Shown here: positions 26,219 through 35,382 of the stretch, one piece after another
How positions within the stretch are numbered: position 1 is the first letter of the stretch
How the letters are laid out: each line of letters starts with the position of its first letter
Assembly (NCBI GenBank): GCA_035477115.1
Contig: DATIKW010000003.1
Location: 118-64,117 of the forward strand
DNA from: Bacillota bacterium
GTDB taxonomy: Bacteria > Bacillota > Sulfobacillia > UBA995
Reading direction: 5' to 3'
Length of the DNA: 64,000 bases
Position numbers and translations under genes: made by a program
The notes under the pieces: model-generated
The model's input: only the letters and a program-made list of their open reading frames with translations
The model's database searches: none
What the model was told of the DNA's origin: nothing

Positions 26219-27577
26219 ATGCTGAAACGGCTGGGCAACGTCTTCACGCGGATCATGGAGAGGTATCTGCCGGATGCGTTCCTGTTCGCCGTACTGCTGA
26301 CTTTCCTCGCCTGCATATTGGCCCTCATCTTCACCGATACCACGCCGCTCGGCCTGGTGAATGCCTGGTGGGGCGGCCTGTGGGGATTGCTGGCCTTCTC
26401 GATGCAGATGGTCATGATCCTCGTGACCGGTCATAGCCTCGCCCTCGCACCTCCGGTCAAGCGGGGCCTGGCAGCGATTGCCGGCATGGCCAAGAACCCG
26501 TACCAGGCAGTTCTCATCGTCGCCCTCGTCGCCGGCATCGGTGCATGGATCCAGTGGGGTTTCGGGCTGATCGTGGGCGGCCTCCTGGCGCTGGAAATGG
26601 CCAAACGGGTGCCCAAAGTCGACTTCCCGCTGCTCATAGCCGCCGCTTATGGCGGGTTCGTCGTATGGCATCAGGGAATGTCGGGTTCCGTGCCGCTGGT
26701 GGTGGCGATGGCCGGCAACCCGGCCAACCATCTCGAGAGAGTGGCCGGGATGGTCGTGCCGGTCGGACAGACCGTGTTCGCGCCCTGGAACCTGATCCCC
26801 GCCTTGCTCATCATCCTCACGTTGCCGTTCATCCTCGCCAAGGCCGTGCCCTCGCCCGATCAGGCCAAAGTCCTCGACCCCGACGTCATCGCCCGGGGCC
26901 AGAAGGACGAGGAGGACGAGGAGAAGCGGAAGCGGGAATTCGTCCCGAAGACCTGGGCGGAGAAGATCGAGAACAGCCGGCCGATCAACTACCTCTTCTG
27001 CCTGCTCGGCGTGGTGTATCTGACTAACCACTTCGCGACCAGGGGCTTCGCCCTGGACCTCAATGTCGTGATCGGCCTGTTCCTGTTCGCCGGCATGATC
27101 CTGCACGCCACGCCCATCGCCTACGTTCGCGCCGTCGAGAAGGCCATCCGCGGCGCCGGCGGCATCGCCCTGCAATTCCCCGTGTACGGGGGAATCATGG
27201 GGATCATGATGGGCACCGGCCTCGTCGCCGTCATCGCCGGCTGGTTCGTGGCGATCTCCAACACCAGTACCTTCTACATGCTGCAGTTCTGGGCCGCCGG
27301 CCTCATCAACGTGTTCATCCCCTCGGGCGGCGGACAATGGGCGGCCCAGGGGGCGATAAGCGTCACGGCGGCCCAGCAGATAGGCGTGGATCCGGTCAGG
27401 ACGGCCATGATGGTGGCATGGGGCGACCAGTGGACCAATATGATCCAGCCGTTCTGGGCCTTGCCGTTGTTGGGTTTGGCCGGCCTCAAGGCAAGGGACA
27501 TCATGGGTTATACCACGCTGGTGTTGCTCTGGAGCGGCCTGATCCTGAGCGTTGCGGCGCTGGTGATCGCACTATAG
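26219..27577 (+). CDS. atoE: Short-chain fatty acid transporter (AtoE family)
   Basis: MLKRLGNVFTRIMERYLPDAFLFAVLLT N-terminus and a polytopic body typical of AtoE. ATG 26219 follows GGAGAGGGAGGGG. The track ORF starts at 26090. Confidence 0.85.
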   Translation: MLKRLGNVFTRIMERYLPDAFLFAVLLTFLACILALIFTDTTPLGLVNAWWGGLWGLLAFSMQMVMILVTGHSLALAPPVKRGLAAIAGMAKNPYQAVLIVALVAGIGAWIQWGFGLIVGGLLALEMAKRVPKVDFPLLIAAAYGGFVVWHQGMSGSVPLVVAMAGNPANHLERVAGMVVPVGQTVFAPWNLIPALLIILTLPFILAKAVPSPDQAKVLDPDVIARGQKDEEDEEKRKREFVPKTWAEKIENSRPINYLFCLLGVVYLTNHFATRGFALDLNVVIGLFLFAGMILHATPIAYVRAVEKAIRGAGGIALQFPVYGGIMGIMMGTGLVAVIAGWFVAISNTSTFYMLQFWAAGLINVFIPSGGGQWAAQGAISVTAAQQIGVDPVRTAMMVAWGDQWTNMIQPFWALPLLGLAGLKARDIMGYTTLVLLWSGLILSVAALVIAL

Positions 27578-27832
27578 CGACAGGATAATCGCGACTGTGG
27601 TCCGGCGGCGGCGGATTGAACGCAAACGCGCCGACTGCCGCCGCTGGGACCGATGCCTGCCGGGTGGAGGGGATCGCGTTCGCCGAGGGGGTAGGGGCAC
27701 TTGGAGGGGACTACGCTTTCAGCAGGTCGTGCGGGAGACTGCGGGTGCGGGGGTCTGTCGGGGGATAGCCGCCTATTCATGTCGCCCGATGTCAATGCTG
27801 CTCGGGAGTTTTTCCGAGGCAAGTCCCGGCGG

Positions 27833-28741
27833 ATGACGAGCAAGCTGACCAGCGTCCGGGAAGCGGTGGCGCGACTGGTGCACGATGGGGATTACCTCGC
27901 GGTGGGGGGGTTCGGCGTCGACCGGATCCCTACTGCCTTGCTCCACGAAGTGGTCCGTCAAGGTCGGAAGCACCTCGGCCTCTCCGGCCATACCGCGACC
28001 CACGACTGCCAGATCCTCGCGGCCGGAGACTGCTTTGACCGGTGTGATGTCGCCTACGTGGTCGGACTGGAAGCTCGCGGCCTGTCTCGCAACGCGCGCC
28101 GGATCTTCGAATCGGGCCGCGTGGCGGTAACCGAATGGAGCAACGGCGCCCTTGCCTGGCGGTATCGGGCGGCGGCGATGGGGGTGCCGTTCCTGCCGGC
28201 GCGGGTGATGCTCGGGACCGATACCGCCCGGCGGAGCGCGGCCCGCGAGATAACCTGTCCGTTCACCGGCATACGCCTGGCCGCCCTGCCCGCCCTGTTT
28301 CCCGACGTGGCCTTGATCCACGTCCATCGAGCCGATGTCTACGGGAACTGCCAGATCGACGGGATCCTGGTCTCCGATCTCGATGTGGCGAGGGCGGCGA
28401 AGCGGGTGATCGTTAGCGCCGAACGGATCATCGCGAACGACGAGATCCGCCGGGAACCCGCGCGCACGATGATCCCTTACTTCTGCGTGGATGCGGTCGT
28501 CGAGGCGCCCTATGGCGGCTACCCGGGGAACACGGCTTACGAGTATTTCTCGGACGAGGATCACCTGCGGGCATGGTTGAAAGCGGAGGAAGACCCGGCT
28601 GCCTTTGCCGAGTTCGTGCGCTCTTACATCCTCGAGACGCCGGACCACGCCGCCTACATCGAACGCTGCGGCGGTCTCAGGCGCTTGCAGCAGCTCCGAT
28701 GGATGGAGCATTTCCCCGGTCGAGAGGGGGATCTCCCGTGA
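27833..28741 (+). CDS. CoA-transferase subunit A (glutaconate CoA-transferase GctA-like)
   Basis: MTSKLTSVREAVARLVHDGDYLAVGGFG aligns with the GctA N-terminus. ATG 27779 is an alternative upstream start; the track gives 27701. Confidence 0.85.
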   Translation: MTSKLTSVREAVARLVHDGDYLAVGGFGVDRIPTALLHEVVRQGRKHLGLSGHTATHDCQILAAGDCFDRCDVAYVVGLEARGLSRNARRIFESGRVAVTEWSNGALAWRYRAAAMGVPFLPARVMLGTDTARRSAAREITCPFTGIRLAALPALFPDVALIHVHRADVYGNCQIDGILVSDLDVARAAKRVIVSAERIIANDEIRREPARTMIPYFCVDAVVEAPYGGYPGNTAYEYFSDEDHLRAWLKAEEDPAAFAEFVRSYILETPDHAAYIERCGGLRRLQQLRWMEHFPGREGDLP

Positions 28742-29520
28742 CTTCCGGAGACCGGTCCCACAACGCCATGGAACTCATGATCTGTCTGGCCGCGCGCTAC
28801 CTCGAGGATGGCAGCACGGTGGTAGTGGGCACCGGGGCGCCGTGCGCGGCCGCCATGCTGGCCCAGCGCACCACTGCCCCCAACTTGATGGTCTTGTTCG
28901 AAGCGGGGGGCATGGGGCCGCTGCTGCCTTCGATGCCCATCTCCGTCGGGGATTCTCGCACCTTCTTCAAGGGGCTGGCCGCCGCCAGCATGCCGGAGAT
29001 CATGGAGGCTTGCCAGCGGGGAATGGTGGACTACACCTTCCTCGGCGGGGCCCAGGTCGACATGTATGGCAACCTCAACTCCACCTGCATCGGCGACTGG
29101 GAGAAGCCCCGCGTGCGGATGCCCGGCAGCGGCGGCGCCAACGACCTCGCTTCCCTGTGCTGGCGGACGATGATGATCGCGCCCCAGGATCCACGACGAT
29201 TCGTTGCCAAACTCGACTTCATGACTACGCCGGGCTATCTCACCGGGCCGGGCGCTCGGGAGCGGGCGGGGCTGCCCCCGGGAACCGGCCCTTACAAGGT
29301 AATCACCCAGCTGGCGGTGTTCGGCTTCCATCCCGACACGCTCCGCATGCAGGTGGAGAGCATGCACCCGGGGGTGACTCGGGAGGCGGTCATGGCTGCC
29401 ACCGGGTTCGAGCCTGGCTGGGCCCAGGAGGTGAAGGTAAGCCGGCCTCCGGAGCCGTTGGAACTGGAGATCCTGCGGAACGAGGTCGACCCCTTGCGCT
29501 ACATCATCGGCCGTTCCTGA
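28738..29520 (+). CDS. CoA-transferase subunit B (GctB-like)
   Basis: GTG 28738 overlaps the subunit A stop (GTGA), with SD GAGAGGGGGA. The LMVLFEAGGMG region carries the expected catalytic Glu. About 260 aa. Confidence 0.85.
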   Translation: MTSGDRSHNAMELMICLAARYLEDGSTVVVGTGAPCAAAMLAQRTTAPNLMVLFEAGGMGPLLPSMPISVGDSRTFFKGLAAASMPEIMEACQRGMVDYTFLGGAQVDMYGNLNSTCIGDWEKPRVRMPGSGGANDLASLCWRTMMIAPQDPRRFVAKLDFMTTPGYLTGPGARERAGLPPGTGPYKVITQLAVFGFHPDTLRMQVESMHPGVTREAVMAATGFEPGWAQEVKVSRPPEPLELEILRNEVDPLRYIIGRS

Positions 29521-29536
29521 AGCCCGCTGGAGTGAG

Positions 29537-30376
29537 GTGGCGGCGCTGCTATCCATCATTGCTGACATGGGAGCCCTCGATTTGCTCCTGGCGGTGGTCG
29601 ACGTGGCCCTGGTGGGCTTCGTCCTCTATCGCCTGCTCCTGCTCCTCCGTGGGAGCCGGGCCGCATCGCTGGTGCGAGGTGTATTGCTGCTGGTGGTGGC
29701 GACTCCGGTCAGCGGTTGGCTGCGCCTGTATACCGTTCACTGGCTCCTCGAGCAGTTCCAGCTATGGCTGATCTTCGCCTTGCTCGTGGTGTTCCAGCCG
29801 GAACTCCGCCGTATCCTGGAGCAACTTGGCCGGGGCAGGCTCCTCGCCCCGCCCCCTTCCTCGCTCGGCGAACCGGAACTCAGGGACCTGATCGGTCAGG
29901 TTGTCCGGGCCGTGGACAGCCTGAGCCGGAGCAAGACCGGCGCCATCATCGTGATCGAACGGGAGACCGGCTTGAAGGAGATCATCGAGACCGGCAAGCG
30001 GATCGACGGTCTCGTGTCATCCGAGTTCCTGGTCAATCTGTTCGTGCCTGCCACTCCCCTGCACGACGGGGCGGCCATCATTCGCGGCGACCGGGTGGTG
30101 GCGGCGGGATGTTTCCTGCCGCTGAGCGATGCCGACAATGTGTCCAGGGACCTCGGCACGCGCCACCGGGCTGCGCTCGGCATCACCGAGCAATCGGATG
30201 CGGTGGCGGCGGTCGTGTCTGAGGAGACGGGTGATGTGTCGCTGGCTTACGAGGGCAAGCTCATGCGCCACCTGGATCTGTCCTCTTTCGAGGAGATGCT
30301 GACCGCCCGGTTACGGGCTGGCCCCGCAGTCGGGCTCCGCATCGATCGCCGCCTGTTGCGGCCGGGGAGGGGATGA
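29537..30376 (+). CDS. cdaA: Diadenylate cyclase CdaA
   Basis: Three N-terminal TM helices. DAC domain with GAIIVIERETGL, TPLHDGAAIIRGDRVVAAGCFLPLS, and GTRHRAALGITEQSDA. Confidence 0.9.
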   Translation: MAALLSIIADMGALDLLLAVVDVALVGFVLYRLLLLLRGSRAASLVRGVLLLVVATPVSGWLRLYTVHWLLEQFQLWLIFALLVVFQPELRRILEQLGRGRLLAPPPSSLGEPELRDLIGQVVRAVDSLSRSKTGAIIVIERETGLKEIIETGKRIDGLVSSEFLVNLFVPATPLHDGAAIIRGDRVVAAGCFLPLSDADNVSRDLGTRHRAALGITEQSDAVAAVVSEETGDVSLAYEGKLMRHLDLSSFEEMLTARLRAGPAVGLRIDRRLLRPGRG

Positions 30377-30379
30377 CGC

Positions 30380-31366
30380 GTGGCCGGTCGTCGTACCCGG
30401 TGGTCTCCGGGCCCGTGGCTGGAGAGCGATGCCGGTCTGAAACTGCTGGCGGTGACCAGTGCCTTCCTGCTGTGGCTCCAGGCGGTTGGCCATCGCGATC
30501 CCGTTCAGGAGCGTACGTACACCGGTCTCCCCGTGCGTCTGAGCGCGGTCGCGGCCGGCCTGGTGGTAGTAGGGAGCCGGCCGGCTACCGTGGATCTGGT
30601 GGCGCGCGGGAGGGCGAGCAGCCTCCGGGCCACTTCAGCGGAGGATTTCGACGTTCGGGTGGACCTGTCGGGAGCCGCCCCAGGGGCCGCAGCGCACCCC
30701 ATCCGGGTCAGCCATCTGCGGGGCATCGAAGTCACCTGGATGTCGGCCTATACCGCCGACGTACAGCTCGAACTCACCGTCGAGGAAGAAGTGCCGGTGC
30801 GGGTCGAGATCCGAGGAGCGCCTGACCCCGACCATGCCCTCGGTGAAGTGAGGGTCACTCCGGCGACTGCCGTTGTGGTCGGACCGTCCTCGGCGGTTGC
30901 TGCCGTAAACCGTGCGGTGGTGGAGGTGAACGTCGCCGGCGCCACCGGCGAGATCCACCGGGAGTTCCCCTTACGGGTGGTGGGCGGCGACGGGAGACCG
31001 GTCCCCGGGGTCGCCGCTTCGCCGGCGACCGCCCAGGTCATAGTGAGCGTGTTCCGCCTGCCTGACCCCGTGTTCCTCCCCGTCCACGTGCGCTTGGAGG
31101 GCACCCCCGCTCCCGGCTTCGAGCTGGCGGAGGTGACCTCCGATCCGGCGGAGGTGGGGGTACGCGCCGGCCCGGCCGCCCTGCAGGACCTGAGGTGGGT
31201 GTTCACCGCTCCCGTACTGATCGAAGGCGCCCGGGAGTCTTTCCGCCGCGAAGTCGTCCTTGAACTGCCGGCCGGGGCATATCGCGTCGATCCGCCCCAG
31301 GTCGCGGTGAAGGTGACCATTCGTCCGAGCGCGGGGGCCCGCGTCCGGGACGAAGCAGCTAATTGA
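30380..31366 (+). CDS. cdaR: CdaA regulatory protein CdaR (YbbR-repeat protein)
   Basis: 328 aa. N-terminal anchor plus a repeated beta-rich YbbR-like module. Conserved position between cdaA and glmM. Confidence 0.8.
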   Translation: MAGRRTRWSPGPWLESDAGLKLLAVTSAFLLWLQAVGHRDPVQERTYTGLPVRLSAVAAGLVVVGSRPATVDLVARGRASSLRATSAEDFDVRVDLSGAAPGAAAHPIRVSHLRGIEVTWMSAYTADVQLELTVEEEVPVRVEIRGAPDPDHALGEVRVTPATAVVVGPSSAVAAVNRAVVEVNVAGATGEIHREFPLRVVGGDGRPVPGVAASPATAQVIVSVFRLPDPVFLPVHVRLEGTPAPGFELAEVTSDPAEVGVRAGPAALQDLRWVFTAPVLIEGARESFRREVVLELPAGAYRVDPPQVAVKVTIRPSAGARVRDEAAN

Positions 31367-31413
31367 AATTCGGACGCTGCACATCCTGATCCTGTAACCG
31401 TGGAGGCTGCTCA

Positions 31414-32778
31414 ATGGCGACTCTGTTCGGGACGGATGGGGTGCGGGGGGTGGCCAACCGCGACTTGACCCCGGAACTCGTGTATCGCCTGGGGCGTGCC
31501 GCGGCCCTCCAGCTCGGCTCCGGCGTGAACCGACCCCGGATCCTGGTAGGACGCGACACCCGGATATCCGGCGACTTGCTTGAGGCGGCGCTGGTGAGCG
31601 GGATCCTCTCCGCGGGAGCCGATGTCATTGCCGTCGGGGTCGTGTCCACGCCCGGCATCGCCTTCCTGACCCGCCACCTGAATGCGGCAGGCGGGGCCGT
31701 GATCTCGGCCTCCCACAACCCAGTGGAAGACAATGGCCTCAAGCTCTTCTCCCGTAGCGGCCATAAACTGACCGTGGATGCGGAAGCGACCGTCTCCGAT
31801 CTGGCGCTCAAGGAACGCGACGACCTCCCGAGGCCCACCGGGGCGGGGGTGGGCAGGCTGCGCCCGGCGCCCGCGCTGGTGGAGCAATATTTGGACTACC
31901 TGGTGCGCTCGACTCCGGTCCGCCTGGAAGGGATACGGATCGTGGTGGACGCCGGGAACGGGGCCACGTACCGGCTGGCCCCCGAACTCTTGGAGCGCCT
32001 GGGCGCACGCGTGATCCTGCTCAACGCCGACCCGGACGGGCTGAACATCAACGTGGGCTGCGGGTCCACCCACCCGGCTGGGCTGATGAAGGCCGTCAGG
32101 GAAACCGGGGCGGTCGCCGGAATCGCCTATGACGGCGACGGCGACCGGGCAATCGCCGCCGACGAGCACGGGCGGGAAGTGGACGGCGACCAGATCCTCG
32201 CGGTTTGCGGGCTGCATCTCCTCGACCAGGATCGGTTACCCGGGCGGGCGATCGTGGGGACGGTGATGACCAATCTCGGGCTGGAGGTGGCTTTGCGTTC
32301 CGCGGGCGGCCGGGTCATCCGCACTCCGGTCGGCGATCGCCATATCCTGGAAGCCATGGTGCGAGAGGAGTTGGTCCTGGGAGGCGAACAATCGGGACAC
32401 ATCATCTTCCTGGACGCCGCGACCACCGGCGACGGCCTCCTGACTACCTTGCGGTTGCTCGCGGTGATGGTGGAGTCCGGATGGCCGCTGTCCCGCTTGG
32501 CGGCGCGCATGGTGAAGTACCCGCAGATCCTGGTCAACGTGCCCGCTCGGCCGGCCGGCTCTCTGGAGAGCAATGCGGGACTGACCAGGCTGGTCCAAGC
32601 GGCGCGTGGCCGGCTGGGGCCGAATGGCCGCGTCGTGTTACGGCCTTCCGGTACCGAGCCGGTGGTCCGGGTGATGGCGGAAGGAGAAGACTCGGAACTG
32701 GTCGAAACGGTGGCGCGGGAGATCGCGGCGTACATCGCCCGGGAGTTTGGCGGTCCCGGGGCACAGGAGGGGGGGTGA
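31414..32778 (+). CDS. glmM: Phosphoglucosamine mutase
   Basis: MATLFGTDGVRGVAN, and the active-site region ISASHNPVEDNGLK. Confidence 0.95.
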   Translation: MATLFGTDGVRGVANRDLTPELVYRLGRAAALQLGSGVNRPRILVGRDTRISGDLLEAALVSGILSAGADVIAVGVVSTPGIAFLTRHLNAAGGAVISASHNPVEDNGLKLFSRSGHKLTVDAEATVSDLALKERDDLPRPTGAGVGRLRPAPALVEQYLDYLVRSTPVRLEGIRIVVDAGNGATYRLAPELLERLGARVILLNADPDGLNINVGCGSTHPAGLMKAVRETGAVAGIAYDGDGDRAIAADEHGREVDGDQILAVCGLHLLDQDRLPGRAIVGTVMTNLGLEVALRSAGGRVIRTPVGDRHILEAMVREELVLGGEQSGHIIFLDAATTGDGLLTTLRLLAVMVESGWPLSRLAARMVKYPQILVNVPARPAGSLESNAGLTRLVQAARGRLGPNGRVVLRPSGTEPVVRVMAEGEDSELVETVAREIAAYIAREFGGPGAQEGG

Positions 32779-32854
32779 AGGCGGGCAGCTATCGGCAAGG
32801 GCAAGGGTGGGATCGGGTCGCGGCGGGGTGCGTCGGCAACATGGAAAGTCGCAA

Positions 32855-33015
32855 TAAGGCGCCAGGACTCCCTCAAGGGAGTTGACGAGGACCGGGATCT
32901 CGGATCATCGGCGGGTGACCGGCGGTTGCCCACGACCGTCAGAGGGCCCAGCAAAACCCCAGGTGACTGAGGGTACAAGGGGGCCCGGGTGGGGACGCAG
33001 CCCATGGCGTGCGGT
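32855..33015 (+). ncRNA. glmS: glmS ribozyme (GlcN6P-dependent self-cleaving leader); ends approximate
   Basis: AAGGCGCCAGGACU...UUGACGAGGA...AUCGGCGGGUG matches the conserved core AGCGCCAGAACU...GACGAGGA...UUCGGCGGAUG. It lies directly upstream of glmS. Confidence 0.8.
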
Positions 33016-33107
33016 CCTTTCCCGCCGCGCTCTCCGGCTACGGGGACGCGGTCTTGTGTTTTCACGGCTCCGGGGAAGAGACTGCTCGATGAAAGGAAGA
33101 CCATGGA

Positions 33108-34943
33108 ATGTGCGGCATTGTCGGTTATGTGGGCGGCCGGGCTTGCCTGCCCGTCCTACTCGACGGGCTTCGCCGTCTGGAGTACCGCGGTTACGACTCC
33201 GCCGGAGTGGCGGTGTTTCAGGACGGGAGGCTGGCCCTGGCCCGAGCGGAGGGGAAACTCGATCGCTTGCAGGCCAAGCTCGCTGGCACTGAGTTGCTGA
33301 TCGGGACTACGGGAATCGGCCATACCCGCTGGGCAACGCACGGCGTCCCCTCGGAGGACAACGCCCATCCGCATCTCGACTGCTCCGGCACCTTGGCCGT
33401 GGCTCATAACGGCATAATCGAGAACTACCTGTCGCTCAAGGAAGGGTTACTGGCCCGGGGTCACCGTTTCCGGTCGGAGACCGATACTGAGGTCGTGCCT
33501 CACTTGCTGGAAGAGGAATACGATGGCTCGCTGGCGGCAGCGGTCCACCGGGTGGCGGCCCGCCTGCGCGGCTCTTTCGCCTTGGCCGTGGCTTCGGTTC
33601 GCGAGCCGGGCGTGATCGTCGCCGCCCGCCAGGGCAGCCCCCTGGTCGTCGGACTTGGCGATGGCGAGAATTACCTCGCTTCCGACATCCCGGCCATCCT
33701 GAGTCTGACCCGTAACACCTTCATCCTGGACGATGGGGAAGTAGCCGTCCTGACCCCCGGCGAAGTCCGGATTCAGGATCGGGGCCGCCAGCCCGTCGCC
33801 AAGACCGTATTCACCGTCCCATGGGACCCCGAGCACGCCGAGCGGGGTGGTTATCCGCACTTCATGCTGAAGGAGATCCACGAACAGCCGCGGGCTTTGG
33901 CCGACACGCTGGCCGGGCGCCTCGGCCCCGGCGACACGGTGAATCTGGACGAACTACCGATTGACGCTGAAGGAGCCCGCTCCCTGAACCGGGTATTCAT
34001 GACCGCTTGCGGTACGGCCTGCAACGCCAGCCTGGTAGGCAAGTATCTGCTGGAGCGTTGGGCCCGCCTGTCGGCGGAGATCGATGTCGCCTCGGAGTTT
34101 CGCTACCGGGACCCGGTGATGCAGCCGGGCGACCTGGCGATATTGGTCAGCCAGTCGGGAGAGACTGCGGATACGCTGGAAGCGTTGCGGGAGTGGCGTC
34201 GCCGGGGCGCGAGGACGCTGGCGGTCACTAACGTGATGGGCAGCTCCGTCTCCCGGGAAGCGGAGGCGGTCATCTACACCCGCGCGGGCCCCGAGATTGC
34301 CGTAGCCTCTACGAAAGCTTACATCACTCAGCTCCTGGTACTGACCCTCCTCGCCCTCAAGCTGGGAGAGCTTAGGGGTTGCCTGACGAAGCGCGAATTG
34401 GCCGGCTATCTAGACAGCGTGGCCAGCTTGCCGCGGTTGGCCGGCGAGGTGCTGGAAGCATCCGCGCCGCTGGCGGCAGTTGCCCGAAGCTGGGAGCAAT
34501 GGGATGATGTGTTCTTCATCGGCCGGGGGCTCGATTACGCGGTGGCCCTCGAAGGACAGCTCAAGCTCAAAGAACTCTCCTACATCCACGCCGAGGCCTA
34601 TCCCGCCGGCGAACTGAAACATGGGACGCTGGCCCTGATCGTCCCCGGGATTCCCGTGATCGCCCTGGCCACCCAGCGGGGACTTCAGGAGAAGATGGCC
34701 TCGAACATCGCCGAAGTGAAAGCCAGGGGGGCCAGGGTCATCGGCATCGTCCTCGCCGGCGACGAGGAGGAGGAGTTCGCCCGGCACCTGGACGAACTCA
34801 TAACCATCCCGCGCGTGGACAGCCTGTTGACGCCGATCCTCAGTGTCTTGCCCCTGCAACTACTGGCCTACCATGCCGCGGTGGCTCGGGGGTGCGATGT
34901 TGACAAGCCACGTAATCTGGCCAAGAGTGTCACCGTAGAATGA
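33108..34943 (+). CDS. glmS: Glutamine--fructose-6-phosphate aminotransferase
   Basis: MCGIVGYVG N-terminal nucleophile, two SIS domains, and C-terminal KSVTVE. Confidence 0.95.
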   Translation: MCGIVGYVGGRACLPVLLDGLRRLEYRGYDSAGVAVFQDGRLALARAEGKLDRLQAKLAGTELLIGTTGIGHTRWATHGVPSEDNAHPHLDCSGTLAVAHNGIIENYLSLKEGLLARGHRFRSETDTEVVPHLLEEEYDGSLAAAVHRVAARLRGSFALAVASVREPGVIVAARQGSPLVVGLGDGENYLASDIPAILSLTRNTFILDDGEVAVLTPGEVRIQDRGRQPVAKTVFTVPWDPEHAERGGYPHFMLKEIHEQPRALADTLAGRLGPGDTVNLDELPIDAEGARSLNRVFMTACGTACNASLVGKYLLERWARLSAEIDVASEFRYRDPVMQPGDLAILVSQSGETADTLEALREWRRRGARTLAVTNVMGSSVSREAEAVIYTRAGPEIAVASTKAYITQLLVLTLLALKLGELRGCLTKRELAGYLDSVASLPRLAGEVLEASAPLAAVARSWEQWDDVFFIGRGLDYAVALEGQLKLKELSYIHAEAYPAGELKHGTLALIVPGIPVIALATQRGLQEKMASNIAEVKARGARVIGIVLAGDEEEEFARHLDELITIPRVDSLLTPILSVLPLQLLAYHAAVARGCDVDKPRNLAKSVTVE

Positions 34944-34988
34944 GCGATATGGCCGCGAACCGATGCGCGGGGCGAAGGCCGGCGGCTG

Positions 34989-35378
34989 ATGGCTGATGCC
35001 GGCGCCCCGCGGGGCGTGGGATTGGACCTGGTGGAAGTGGGCCGGGTCGAGACCTTGATCGCGCGGTGGGGCGATCGCTTCCTCGACCGGGTCTTCACCC
35101 CGGCCGAGTTGCGGCTTTGCCGGGACCAGGCTCACCGCCTCGCCGGGCGCCTGGCTGCGAAGGAAGCTGTGCTCAAGGCGATGGGCATCGGCTTACGCCT
35201 CGGGAAGTGGGGGGATATTGAGGTTGGCCGGGACAGCCTGGGGGCCCCGGTCGTGCTGCTCAAGGGCCGATTGGCCGAGGAGGCGGGCCTGAGGGGCATA
35301 GACCGCTTCGCCGTCTCCATCACCCACACCCGCGGCCTGGCCATGGCCATGGTACTGGCGATGGCTGAGGAGGGATGA
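34989..35378 (+). CDS. acpS: Holo-[acyl-carrier-protein] synthase
   Basis: GLDLVEVGRV...FTPAE...RLAGRLAAKEAVLKAMG pattern. A later GTG near 35016 is possible. Confidence 0.85.
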   Translation: MADAGAPRGVGLDLVEVGRVETLIARWGDRFLDRVFTPAELRLCRDQAHRLAGRLAAKEAVLKAMGIGLRLGKWGDIEVGRDSLGAPVVLLKGRLAEEAGLRGIDRFAVSITHTRGLAMAMVLAMAEEG

Positions 35379-35382
35379 TGCG

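Noticed and set aside
27640-27775. Dense G-tracts (GGGTGGAGGGG...GAGGGGGTAGGGGCACTTGGAGGGG...GCGGGGG) as a potential G-quadruplex between atoE and the CoA-transferase genes
   Set aside because: The loops between tracts are long or irregular, and such runs are expected by chance in DNA this GC-rich. There is no independent support.
28605-29771. 388-aa alternative-frame ORF across CoA-transferase subunit B and the cdaA start
   Set aside because: The translation is Arg/Gly/Pro-rich with no domain, whereas the other frame gives clear GctB-like and CdaA proteins.
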